From: Macrostomum lignano
Lineage: Eukaryota
Assembly: GCA_002269645.1 (NCBI GenBank)
Contig: NIVC01001992.1
Location: forward strand, 62,001-126,000
Reading direction: 5' to 3'
Length of the DNA stretch: 64,000 nucleotides
Shown here: piece after piece, positions 24,458 to 34,739 of the stretch
Layout of the letters: every line of letters begins with the position of its first letter
Numbering within the stretch: position 1 is the stretch's first letter
Made by a program: the position numbers and the translations under genes
Notes under the pieces: generated by a model
What the model was told of the DNA's origin: nothing
The model's input: the letters and a program-made list of their open reading frames with translations, nothing else
Databases searched by the model: none

Positions 24458-26886
24458 TAGGGGGCGACCCAGTCCCGGGCCCGGGCCCGAAAAGTCGGGA
24501 ATCTCGACCAAAATCGTGGCCCGACCCTAAAAAAGTCGGGAAATCGGGACAAGTCTTTTTTCCCTAAAGGCACTAACCGCGTGCGAATAATAATAAAATT
24601 ATTTTTCAACACATTCACACTAATTTACCTTTAATTCCAGCCCCAGGAAAATGCAACTGCAACTGCAACTGTCTGTGACCGTGAGCGTCAGCCACAGCCA
24701 GTTTCCACTTTCCAGGAAGATCGGATTTTTTCCAGGAAGATAAAATTAAAACATAGTTTTGCAATACTTTTTTGCAATATTGATTCCACTTTACACGCTG
24801 CAGGCTGCAGCCTAAAAGCAAAAATATGATTCTTTAAAAAGTTGATTTGTCATTTTTAAGCTTTTGTAAATAACATTTCCTATTTACATTCCAAGAAGTA
24901 CCTATTAAGGGCCAAGGCAACCATTTTTCCAAGAAGTTTGCTATCTATCAGAGTTTGTAATCGTGTTCATATTTGTATCGTATTCGTAGGTAGTCGTAGT
25001 CGTAGACTCATAGTATCGTATTCGTAATCATATTCGTTTAGGTAGGTAGGTGAGCAGTGAAGTGAACACTAGTTTAGTGTTAGGTGCCCCCTTTGTCAGC
25101 TGTGCCCTGCGCCCTTCTGAGCTGTTGGCTGCCGCTGGCCGCAGCTCTCCCTCTCTCCCTCTCTCCCTCTCCCTCTCTCTCTCCCTCTCCCGCTCCTCTC
25201 TCCCTCTCCCTCCCTCGTTGTCCCTTGTCTGCCTGCGCTCTCTTTTGTTCCCCCTTTTTCCGGTCCGTTTGCGTTCCCAGCGTCTGAGCTTCTCCGCTCA
25301 GCCTGTCCTTGTTTCATTCTTTGTCTGTCTCCTTCCCCCCTTTTTGTGTGGCTGCGTTCTCTTGGCTCGAGTCCAGCCAGTTCTGGCTGTACTCTCTGTC
25401 TGGCCGTACGGTAGCGGATCACGTGTCCCGGCGCTCTGTCCTTTTCTTGCGCTGCCTTGTGCAATCTCGGGTGTCAGGCTCTAAATTAGGAATGGCGTCC
25501 TTGCCTCTCAAATTGAGGGTTCCGCGCCTGTTTCTAAAAATAGAACTGATTCACGCCAGATTGGGGGCAGTGAGAGCGGCCTTGCGCACTCTGGCGCAAT
25601 GGGGTGTTGCACGGTATGGTGAAATCGATCCGCTACCCTATAAGTACGGGCCTCTCGTGCCTCTGTTTGGCAACCGCCCGACCCTCTGTGAAACCTCTCG
25701 TTTACCTATGAGTTAACTCTTCTAATAACTGCTCTCTTGGAAGTCCAGCGCAGCTTGCGCTAGGCCTTAGCCAACCTATCTGATTTCTGATCCATCTTCG
25801 ACTGTGTGTCTTTGAGTGTGTTAAAGCCCAACCGAACTAACAGAGACTAGCACAGTTCCTCATCCCCGCACTTGAGCCCGGCAGGACCGCTGACGAGGTG
25901 TGCACCGGTACGAACTGTCAAACCTGCACGGCGTGCTGAGTTCTCGTGTCTCGTTTATTTCGCTCAGCCCGGAGTCTCCCTCATCGAAGGACAAGATCCG
26001 AGCGGGCTGGTGGCAGCACTACCAACGCTACTAAGAATTGCTAGAAGGCTTCCTGGGAGAGTCTACCAAGAGCTCAAAGTAGGCAGCTCACGTGACTGAC
26101 AGGGAAGTAGCCGGAACCAAGTACTTCACTGGTGGCAGCGGTGGGATTCAAAGACCTACCCGGCCGCCTCGAGAACCCCGAGAGAGAACCTACAAACACT
26201 TCAGCAGGTAGGCAGGTATCAGCTAATTACTTGTATTTCCATTGTCTGTTTGCCTGTTCTGTTGAGACAGTTGAGTGTTGTGTTGTGTTGTCACTTCACT
26301 TGTGTTCTGCTCTGTTGTCTTGTCTTGTTGTCTTACTGAATACTGACTGTGTACATGGCTCTTTACATTGAAGCTATGTAAAGGAACTAAAAATTCAAAT
26401 AAAAGAATCAATCAATTGATTTGGTTCTTACTTCCTTACTGCTTCCAATGCCAAGTGCCTTACACTTAATGCTTCAGCTTCTTCTTTTTGCTTACTGCCA
26501 CTGCCAGTGCCAGCCGCACTGCCGCAGTGCCTGCTTGCCTACCTCACTGCCTATTAGTGTCACTGTCACTGGCACACACACAGTACTTGTGCCACACAGT
26601 GACATTGAATTTGAACTATTGAGTATATTGATATTTGAGTATTAAGTCTTTTAATGTAACTCTTATCTATTCTGAAGTCTTAACTAATGTATTAATTTAA
26701 TAATATTTATTATATATTTATTATATATTTAATAGTAATCCGCATATGCTAAAAGTATTAAGATTTATTATGATTTTTTTCCAATTATTGAGCTGTCCTA
26801 AAGATCTTGTCCCGAATTCCCGAGGCCCGACCCGGGCCCGACTCCTCATTTCCGGGCCCGACTTTGGCCGTCCCGGTCGCCCCCTA
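24458..26886. mobile_element. Non-autonomous hAT DNA transposon (2.4 kb)
   Basis: Perfect 12-bp TIR TAGGGGGCGACC (24458-24469 and 26875-26886). Perfect 8-bp TSD CCATGACC (24450-24457 and 26887-26894). Subterminal CCCGA/TCGGG motifs at both ends. Confidence 0.92.
24956..26147 (+). mobile_element. LTR-retrotransposon 5' LTR plus tRNA-Leu primer-binding site, inside the hAT
   Basis: TGGTGGCAGCGGTGGGAT(TC) at 26130-26149 is complementary to the 3' end of tRNA-Leu(AAG/TAG) including CCA, and lies 1 nt after ...TTCA (26128). Candidate LTR start TGTAATC at 24956 is inferred. Confidence 0.65.
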
Positions 26887-27154
26887 CCATGACCTGATAT
26901 GGAAATCAGTAGTTTTGCTTCGGGGCGCCAAAATGAATGCCTGCGGCGCTAAAAAGCGCTCCCAGAGTGTACATCGATGGCCCTGAATTTCTAATCGTCA
27001 GGCATGTACACTATCTGAGCTTTTGGAGTTGGCCCTCATGGGTGCAGTGAATCGTATTCGTACATCAATTGCAGCCAATTAGAGATTTTTAGTAAGAGAT
27101 TTTTCCGTGTGACTCTTGCGCCACGACTCCTGGATCGATGCATCCGTGCCCATA

Positions 27155-27355
27155 AGGAAGGGTTGTAGCCTAGTGGTTTAAGCGTCGGGCTCACGAATTA
27201 AATTTCGGAGGTGCGATTCTCCACTCACTCGGAACAATTTGTGTCTTGGAGCAAGACACTGAACTCTGCATTGCTTCAGTTCACCCAGCTGTAAAATGGG
27301 TGCCAGCATTAGCTGGGGTAATTGAGGGTGTGTGGCAACCCCCTTACAGTCCTTA
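27155..27355 (+). mobile_element. tRNA-derived CORE-type SINE
   Basis: tRNA-like head GCCTAGTGGTTTAAGCG...GGTGCGATTC. Then TGTGTCTTGGAGCAAGACACTGAACTCTGCATTGCTTCAGTTCACCCAGCTGTAAAATGGG, which resembles the MIR/CORE domain. Homologous to the copy at 12394. Confidence 0.8.
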
Positions 27356-27692
27356 CATGCTTCATACATGCACATACGAGCAAATTAGCACTCAGGCGTG
27401 TATATGTACGCGTGTACATCACATTCTTATTTACGAGAATGTTTTTATGGCAGGAGGCAGAAAAAGGGCTCCCGATCCAGTGAATTTAGGGGCCAGGGGC
27501 TCTACGAGCGTAGAAGGGCGGACGCCAACATCGGCAAGGAAAAAACTGTCGGGAAAATCTCGGCGGGTTTACCGCTGAGCTAGCTGCTCAGACACAGTGC
27601 CATAGGACGTAGACCTAATCGTACATGGCAAAGCCCGAAGCCAATGTTCGTGTGCAAAACCGCAAATTTAATGTAGCCGTTTGCGGAATCGC

Positions 27693-28465
27693 CAGTGTTG
27701 GGCACAGGTCTGATACTCCGATAGTATCGCCGATACCATTTGAGTATCGGAGTATCGGACCTCGTTACTTTTTTTCTCAGTATCGGACCTTGAATTGGTA
27801 TCGCCGATACATTTTCTTAAGTCCGATAATCCGATACATTTAATCAAACTAATAGTAATAAATTTGACTAAAAAGCCTAGAAAGTATTAAAGAAAGTAAC
27901 AGGAAGTAAAGAAAGGACGTTCTCCGTGCAAAGCGCACTCCACTGGCCGATTCGACCCTCATGAGGCTGCTGGTACTTCTCCGGGGCAACCAGCATATCC
28001 CACTCGAGCCGCTCTGAATTGAATTCTGAAATGATATTAGTGAAAGTCAAGTAACATCTGTTGGAGTTTTTACATATCATGCGCATTATTATTTTTGTAT
28101 CATCTATCATGTAGTCTTTTCATCTTAATGTACTATGTAGGTGCAAATGCTAATATAAATATAATGAAAATTTATAACAATATTTTGCCCATTTAATCTT
28201 CTTCTCTGGTCAGCCACGTCTTACTAGAGTCTTTAGTGTCTAAAAATTAAGTAGCTAAGAGCTTTTTCTTCATTTTTGGCTTGATAGATGCAGAAAAGTG
28301 AGAAAACGCGAAAAATGATGTATCGGACCAAGTATCGGAATGAAGTATCGCGCGATACTTAAATTTTGGTATCGGACCAACAAATATCGCCGATACCTTT
28401 TAGAGTATCGGTATCGGAGTATCGCTTTAAAACGATACTTTTTTAAAGTATCGCGCCCAACACTG
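27693..28465. mobile_element. hAT-type MITE (773 bp)
   Basis: TIR CAGTGTTGGGC / GCCCAACACTG. Many GTATCG/CGATAC subterminal motifs. Degenerate 8-bp TSD GGAATCGC / GGAAAAGC. Confidence 0.82.
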
Positions 28466-29509
28466 GGAAAAGCGACGGTCGGACGCATTTACCGCTCACC
28501 CCACTTGTCATTACGCATCTTTGTGTCAAGTTTAAAGCTGAAATCAGTCAGGATATTAATCAATTGTACGCTTGTATAGTTTTCCTAAATGACTAGAACC
28601 TAAGAACTGACTAAACTGCATTACTGCACCAAAGCAATTTAAAAAAAAACCAACTCAGCTCAGAAATGCTAGCTGTGACAAATGGCAATTTATTAAGCTG
28701 GTTGTGTGTATTAATTAAATCACGAAGATGTTTTCAAATCGAAAATTAAACGCACAGAACGTGAGAAATCAATAAATTCGGCAATTAAAAAGTGAATTAA
28801 GAGCAAAAGTAAAAAAATAGGAGCTTAGTTATGAAATCGAACTCGACAAGACTGGCTGACGAGACTTGTAAGTGTTTTCAACTGAAAAATTATTAATGAA
28901 TAAATGCGGCTGGAGAAACTGCCGAGTATCTTATACATATGTAATTAAACTTTGTTGGCACGCAAAATCTTATACTCGTATACCTACTTAGCAATAGCAG
29001 TAGTATAAATAGAATCGGGCAATAGAGATATAAATGAATGGAGCTAATTATGCAAAAATGGCTTTCGAGAGCTGAATAGTCAATTTAAAATGCACATATT
29101 TGTATTTATTGACCCAGAAATGCTTACAAATAAATTCTGACCGGAATTCGATATTTTTTGCAGAGCAGAGTACCTGTAATAAGCTTGTAGAGACTTAAAA
29201 CAAAATAAAGATTCTAGCTGTAAAAGTGGTTAGCAACAGAATAGCGACACAAGATAATAAAGTCGCAGCAATGTTTAAATGAGGAAAAAATTATAAGGAA
29301 TTTCGTCAAACAAGAATTCCTCACTTAGAAACAGAAAATCTAAAGGGAACAAAATTATGGGGAAAAATCGTAGGAAAAACGCTTGTTTTTCAAACAATGG
29401 ATGCAATAAACGACATCTTACTTCCGAAACTACTTCCGTGGTCGTACTTTAGAAACTATTTAAGCATGTAGTCGTGTATCGATTGGATTAGATGCGCCGA
29501 AGAATAGGG

Positions 29510-30040
29510 AGTGGGGTGGCAGAATCATAGAGCAGGGTGGAAGAGTCATAGAGAGGGTGGAAGAGTCAGAGAGGGTGGCAGAGTCATAGAAAGGGTGGCA
29601 GAATCATAGATCAGGGTGGCAGAGTCATAGAGAGGGTGGCAGAGTCATAGAGAGGGTGGCAGAGTCATAGAGAGGGTGGCAGAGTCATAGAGAGGGTGGC
29701 AGAGTCATAGAGCGGAGTGGCAGAGTCATATAGCGGGTGGTAGAGTAAAGGAAGAGGGAGACAAGACAAGAGTGGCAGAGTCATAGAGAGGGTGGCAGAG
29801 TCATATAGCGGGTGGCAGAGTCATAGAGAGGGTGGCAGAGTCATAGAGAGGGTGGCAGAGTCATAGAGAGGGTGGCAGAGTCATATAGCGGGTGGCAGAG
29901 TCATAGAGAGGGTGGCAGAGTCATAGAGAGGGTGGCAGAGTCAGAGAGGGTGGCAGAGTCATAGAGAGGGTGGCAGAGTCACAGAGCGGGGTGGCAGAGT
30001 AAACGAAGAGGGAGACAAGACAAGAGTGGCAGAGTCAATG
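29510..30040. repeat. 20-bp minisatellite 3' of the coiled-coil gene
   Basis: Unit GAGAGGGTGGCAGAGTCATA, about 24 copies. A variant block GTAAA.GAAGAGGGAGACAAGACAAGAG occurs twice. Confidence 0.95.
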
Positions 30041-30103
30041 GTGCCCACAAAGAACGTCAGTCCCATACCACACGGATTCAGCAATGACCAACTCAGTAGA
30101 TAT

Positions 30104-33100
30104 TCAAGACGTCTTGCAGTTGGGCGGCCGCTCCTCTTCCGGCGCAGCTGACGTCCGACGACGCGACGAGCGCGGCGAGTTGACTCCGCCGACGCTGGAA
30201 GCAGCGTTAGAAGCCGACTGAGTCGGCTGACGCGACCGGAGGGTGGCGGCTGGGACTGCGGCAGCGGCGGCGGCGACCGTGGCGAGTTCAGGCGTGGCAG
30301 TCGAAGCTGCGGCGGTCGGCTGAGCGGCGGCAGCGGCTGCGTTGGCTGGTCGCAGACTGCGATACATCTTACCGAGCTGGCGCAGTCGAACCTGCAATAT
30401 GTATCGTTGTTTAGCGTTGGCGCATAGCTGAATCTTATTTGGGGGAGGAAGGATATAAGGAATTCTTAATCGACGGAGATTATTTAGGGGAATTGAGGAA
30501 GATTCTTTAGGGGAATTAGGCGAGATTCTTAACGAAAATTAGGGGAGTGCATGAAAATCACCGAGTCATGAACAAGTTATATTTATATATATACTAGCTC
30601 GTATTATACTACTTTAGTAAAGCATGTTGGATATAATCGATTCTAACCTCAAGACCAGAAATGGTTGCTTTGGAGTCGCGCAGCTTAGGCAAATTTGGAC
30701 AATCCTGCTGGGCGCATTCAGAATTGGCGTCAAACGCCTTAAAGGCGGCCAACTCGGTCTCCAGAAATCCAACCTTCATCTTGGTGTTATCAAGCCGAGA
30801 CTGCAGCGTAGACACTTCGCTAACTGATTTTTCGATTTCCTGCCGAGCAGCAGCCAGACTGGCGGTTGTCTCGGCGATCGATTGCTCTTTGACCTTGATG
30901 TCATCATTAAGTTGGTGGATCTCCGCTTGAAACAGCTCGCGACTTGAGACTAACTCCTGGCTGCAGTCGGCGAGCTGTTTTTTAACATCGGACAGATCAG
31001 AAAGTACTGCCTCTCTATGCTCCTCGGCTCGGCTTAGCTCAACAACTTTAGTTGCCAGAGCGTTGGACAATTCTACATTTCTACGCTGCATCTCGGAGTG
31101 CTCACTCTCAAGAGCGGAAGCATTAGCGCAAGCGCCGTCTAGCTTAGTGTTTGCTTCCTTGAGCAGTTCCTCCATAGCGGCAAGTTCAGCTACTTTCGAA
31201 TCCAACGAAGACTTAGTCGAGCTATTCCAAGCCTCAAGGTTACGAATTCGACACTCCAATTCAACGTACTGCGATGCCTTAAGCTGAAATTCATTTTCAA
31301 GCTTTAATTTTTCATCGCATAAACTGGCAAAAGAAGATTCCAAAGCAGCTATCTTTGCTTCCGCTGACGAAATAGAATTTTGAAAAGCAATAATCTCATA
31401 TTCTTTCTGAAGAACTTCCGCGTTTAGCGATTCAACTCTGGCTGTGGAAGACGCAGCAGATTTCACTTCATTATCAAGCTTGTCACTTAGATAAGCGTTT
31501 TCCTCAGAAATCTTCGATAAAGCCTCTTCACTTTCAAGTAACTTCATCTGCGACTCACACAATCGGGATCGCAGCTCCTCCACCTCCTTCTCCTTCGACG
31601 ATTTCGACTCGCACACATGGTCGTGCTCTTCTTGTAGCGAACGCAGCTTCTCTTCCAGCATCTCCTTCTCGACTTCAACCTCTTGGATTCTGTCGCTAGA
31701 TTTTGTAAGCGCTTCGTCTTTAGATTCTAACAGCTGATTCACTTCAGCTAGACGAGATGTCAGATCACTGCAGTCGGTCTCGATCGCAGATTTAAGCTCC
31801 TCCGTGGTACGAACTTTCTCGCGAAGATCGTTCAGCTGCTGTTGATACTCCAGCACCTGTGCTTCAAGCTCAGTAGCTTTCTCAGAAGAGCACACTGCTT
31901 CGTTCTGTAACTCTGACAACCGCGATCGCAGCTCCTCCACCTCCTTCTCCTTCGACGATTTCGACTCGCACACATGGTCGTGCTCTTCTTGTAGCGAACG
32001 CAGCTTCTCTTCCAGCATCTCCTTCTCGACTTCAACCTCTTGGATTCTGTCGCTAGATTTTGTAAGCGCTTCGTCTTTAGATTCTAACAGCTGATTCACT
32101 TCAGCTAGACGAGATGTCAGATCACTGCAGTCGGTCTCGATCGCAGATTTAAGCTCCTCCGTGGTACGAACTTTCTCGCGAAGATCGTTCAGCTGCTGTT
32201 GATACTCCAGCACCTGTGCTTCAAGCTCAGTAGCTTTCTCAGAAGAGCACACTGCTTCGTTCTGTAACTCTGACAACCGCGATCGCAGCTCCTCCACCTC
32301 CTTCTCCTTCGACGATTTCGACTCGCACACATGGTCGTGCTCTTCTTGTAGCGAACGCAGCTTCTCTTCCAGCATCTCCTTCTCGACTTCAACCTCTTGG
32401 ATTCTGTCGCTAGATTTTGTAAGCGCTTCGTCTTTAGATTCTAACAGCTGATTCACTTCAGCTAGACGAGATGTCAGATCACTGCAGTCGGTCTCGATCG
32501 CAGATTTAAGCTCCTCCGTGGTACGAACTTTCTCGCGAAGATCGTTCAGCTGCTGTTGATACTCCAGCACCTGTGCTTCAAGCTCAGTAGCTTTCTCAGA
32601 AGAGCACACTGCTTCGTTCTGTAACTCTGACAACCGCGATCGCAGCTCCTCCACCTCCTTCTCCTTCGACGATTTCGACTCGCACACATGGTCGTGCTCT
32701 TCTTGTAGCGAACGCAGCTTCTCTTCCAGCATCTCCTTCTCGACTTCAACCTCTTGGATTCTGTCGCTAGATTTTGTAAGCGCTTCGTCTTTAGATTCTA
32801 ACAGCTGATTCACTTCAGCTAGACGAGATGTCAGATCACTGCAGTCGGTCTCGATCGCAGATTTAAGCTCCTCCGTGGTACGAACTTTCTCGCGAAGATC
32901 GTTCAGCTGCTGTTGATACTCCAGCACCTGTGCTTCAAGCTCAGTAGCTTTCTCAGAAGAGCACACTGCTTCGTTCTGTAACTCTGACAACCGCGATCGC
33001 AGCTCCTCCACCTCCTCCTTCGACGATTTCGACTCGCACACATGGTCGTGCTCTTCTTGTAGCGAACGCAGCTTCTCTTCCAGCATCTCCTTCTCGACTT

Positions 33101-34739
33101 CAACCTCTTGGATTCTGTCGCTAGATTTTGTAAGCGCTTCGTCTTTAGATTCTAACAGCTGATTCACTTCAGCTAGACGAGATGTCAGATCACTGCAGTC
33201 GGTCTCGATCGCAGATTTAAGCTCCTCCGTGGTACGAACTTTCTCGCGAAGATCGTTCAGCTGCTGTTGATACTCCAGCACCTGTGCTTCAAGCTCAGTA
33301 GCTTTCTCAGAAGAGCACACTGCTTCGTTCTGTAACTCTGACAACCGCGATCGCAGCTCCTCCACCTCCTTCTCCTTCGACGATTTCGACTCGCACACAT
33401 GGTCGTGCTCTTCTTGTAGCGAACGCAGCTTCTCTTCCAGCATCTCCTTCTCGACCTCCACCTCTTTAAAGCGATTAGTGAGAAGTGATAGACGAGAATT
33501 TAGGTCAATGGACTCGCATTCTAAATAGCCTTTGCAATCTTCTGTCGATTGCAGTTCGCAGCGCAAATCATCTAGTTGCTGTTGGTAATGTAGAAGTTGC
33601 TCTTTCAGGTTGGAACCCTCTTTGGAAGAACTCGTGGCTTCGTCCTGTAGTTTCGAAAGTCTGCTCTGCAAGTTATCAACTTGTCTATCTTGGAGTGACT
33701 TTTCATGACTGAGATTGTTGTAGTTAGTTTGCAGTAACTGAAGCTGTTCACACCGCTGTTTTTCTGTGTACTCTTTAGAGCCGCAGTCGTTTTCCTTAAT
33801 TGATAGTATTTGTCTTTGCAATTCACTATTTTCTTCCCGGAGTTTCTTAGCTTCCTCAGGCCAAATAGACTCCTCTTTTATTTGAGTTAGTTGAGCGCTT
33901 AACTCTTCGTTATTGCGTTGAAGAATTTGATACTGATCTTTTAGCTCGTTAATTTGCTGCCGAAGATTATTACTAGTTGGCGATTGGATAGTTTCGAAAC
34001 TAGTTTGTGTATCAGCATCACGTTTAATGCACCTGCTAGTGTTGCTTGCACTGCTCGTAAGTTGATTCAGGCGGACTTCTTCTGACTTCTGTTGCCCTAC
34101 TTTGCCCGACTCCGCTGAATTGTTGACATCAGAAAGCTTTTTTTGAAGCTCAGCGATTAGAACGTCTTTCTCAGCTACCAGCTCTTTTTGATTAGTCAGA
34201 TCCCGAACCAAGCGACTGTTGGTGGCTAAAACTTTTTCAAGGTTTGGAATTTCATCTCGATTGCTTGAACCAGACAGTTGAGAAGTAATTTTGACAGAAG
34301 GGGTGCTGCAAATGTTCTCTGCACCTGTGTCCTGCTCGGTGTTTAATGCAGTCTGATTAATAGAAAACTCCAAATTGCTGGCTCCTTCAATATTAGCAGC
34401 TGGACCTGGCTCTCTTATTGTCTTCGGTAGAGGAATGGATGTCTGCTTGATTGGCCTCGACGATTGGGCCTGGCTTGTATCCAATGACGGTACTGGCAAA
34501 TTGCTTTCTGCAAAAGGCAGAAATGGGAAAAAGGTGATGGGAACCTGTGAATAATGTATCCTGTACTCGAACTGACAGTGCTTAAATTACTTACTTTGGA
34601 GCCGAATTTTCTTGATACTCGGCTCATTTGCAGACAATTGCTGACCAAAGATACGTGGACGAGCAATTTTTGAGGTTCTGATAGTATCAGAATCTGCTTT
34701 TGGAGGGTTTACAGTACCCTCATCGGGTGTCTTCGACAT
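30104..34739 (-). CDS. Long coiled-coil protein (1430 aa) with a 119-aa tandem repeat and a C-terminal CaaX box (CKTS)
   Basis: Exons 34739-34595 (MSKTPDEG...KKIRLQ, A|gtaagt), 34507-30648 (GAG|gttag) and 30391-30104 (VRLRQLGK...PPNCKTS*). Phases are consistent; total 4293 nt. E/L/K/S/Q-rich heptad composition. Confidence 0.85.
31560..33460 (-). repeat. Coding 357-bp tandem repeat (~5.3 near-identical copies)
   Basis: Identical alternative-frame ORFs are spaced exactly 357 nt apart (31832, 32189, 32546, 32903). One copy lacks 3 nt (KEKEV becomes KEEV). Confidence 0.95.

Noticed and set aside
25050-25716. ORFs in the CT-rich tract and LTR region (25050, 25096, 25309)
   Set aside because: Driven by low complexity; no gag, env or other recognisable motif.
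25880-25920. CTGACGA...GAAC as a hammerhead ribozyme
   Set aside because: Lacks the GAAA core and a proper stem II closure. The similar CTGACGA at ~28856 also fails.
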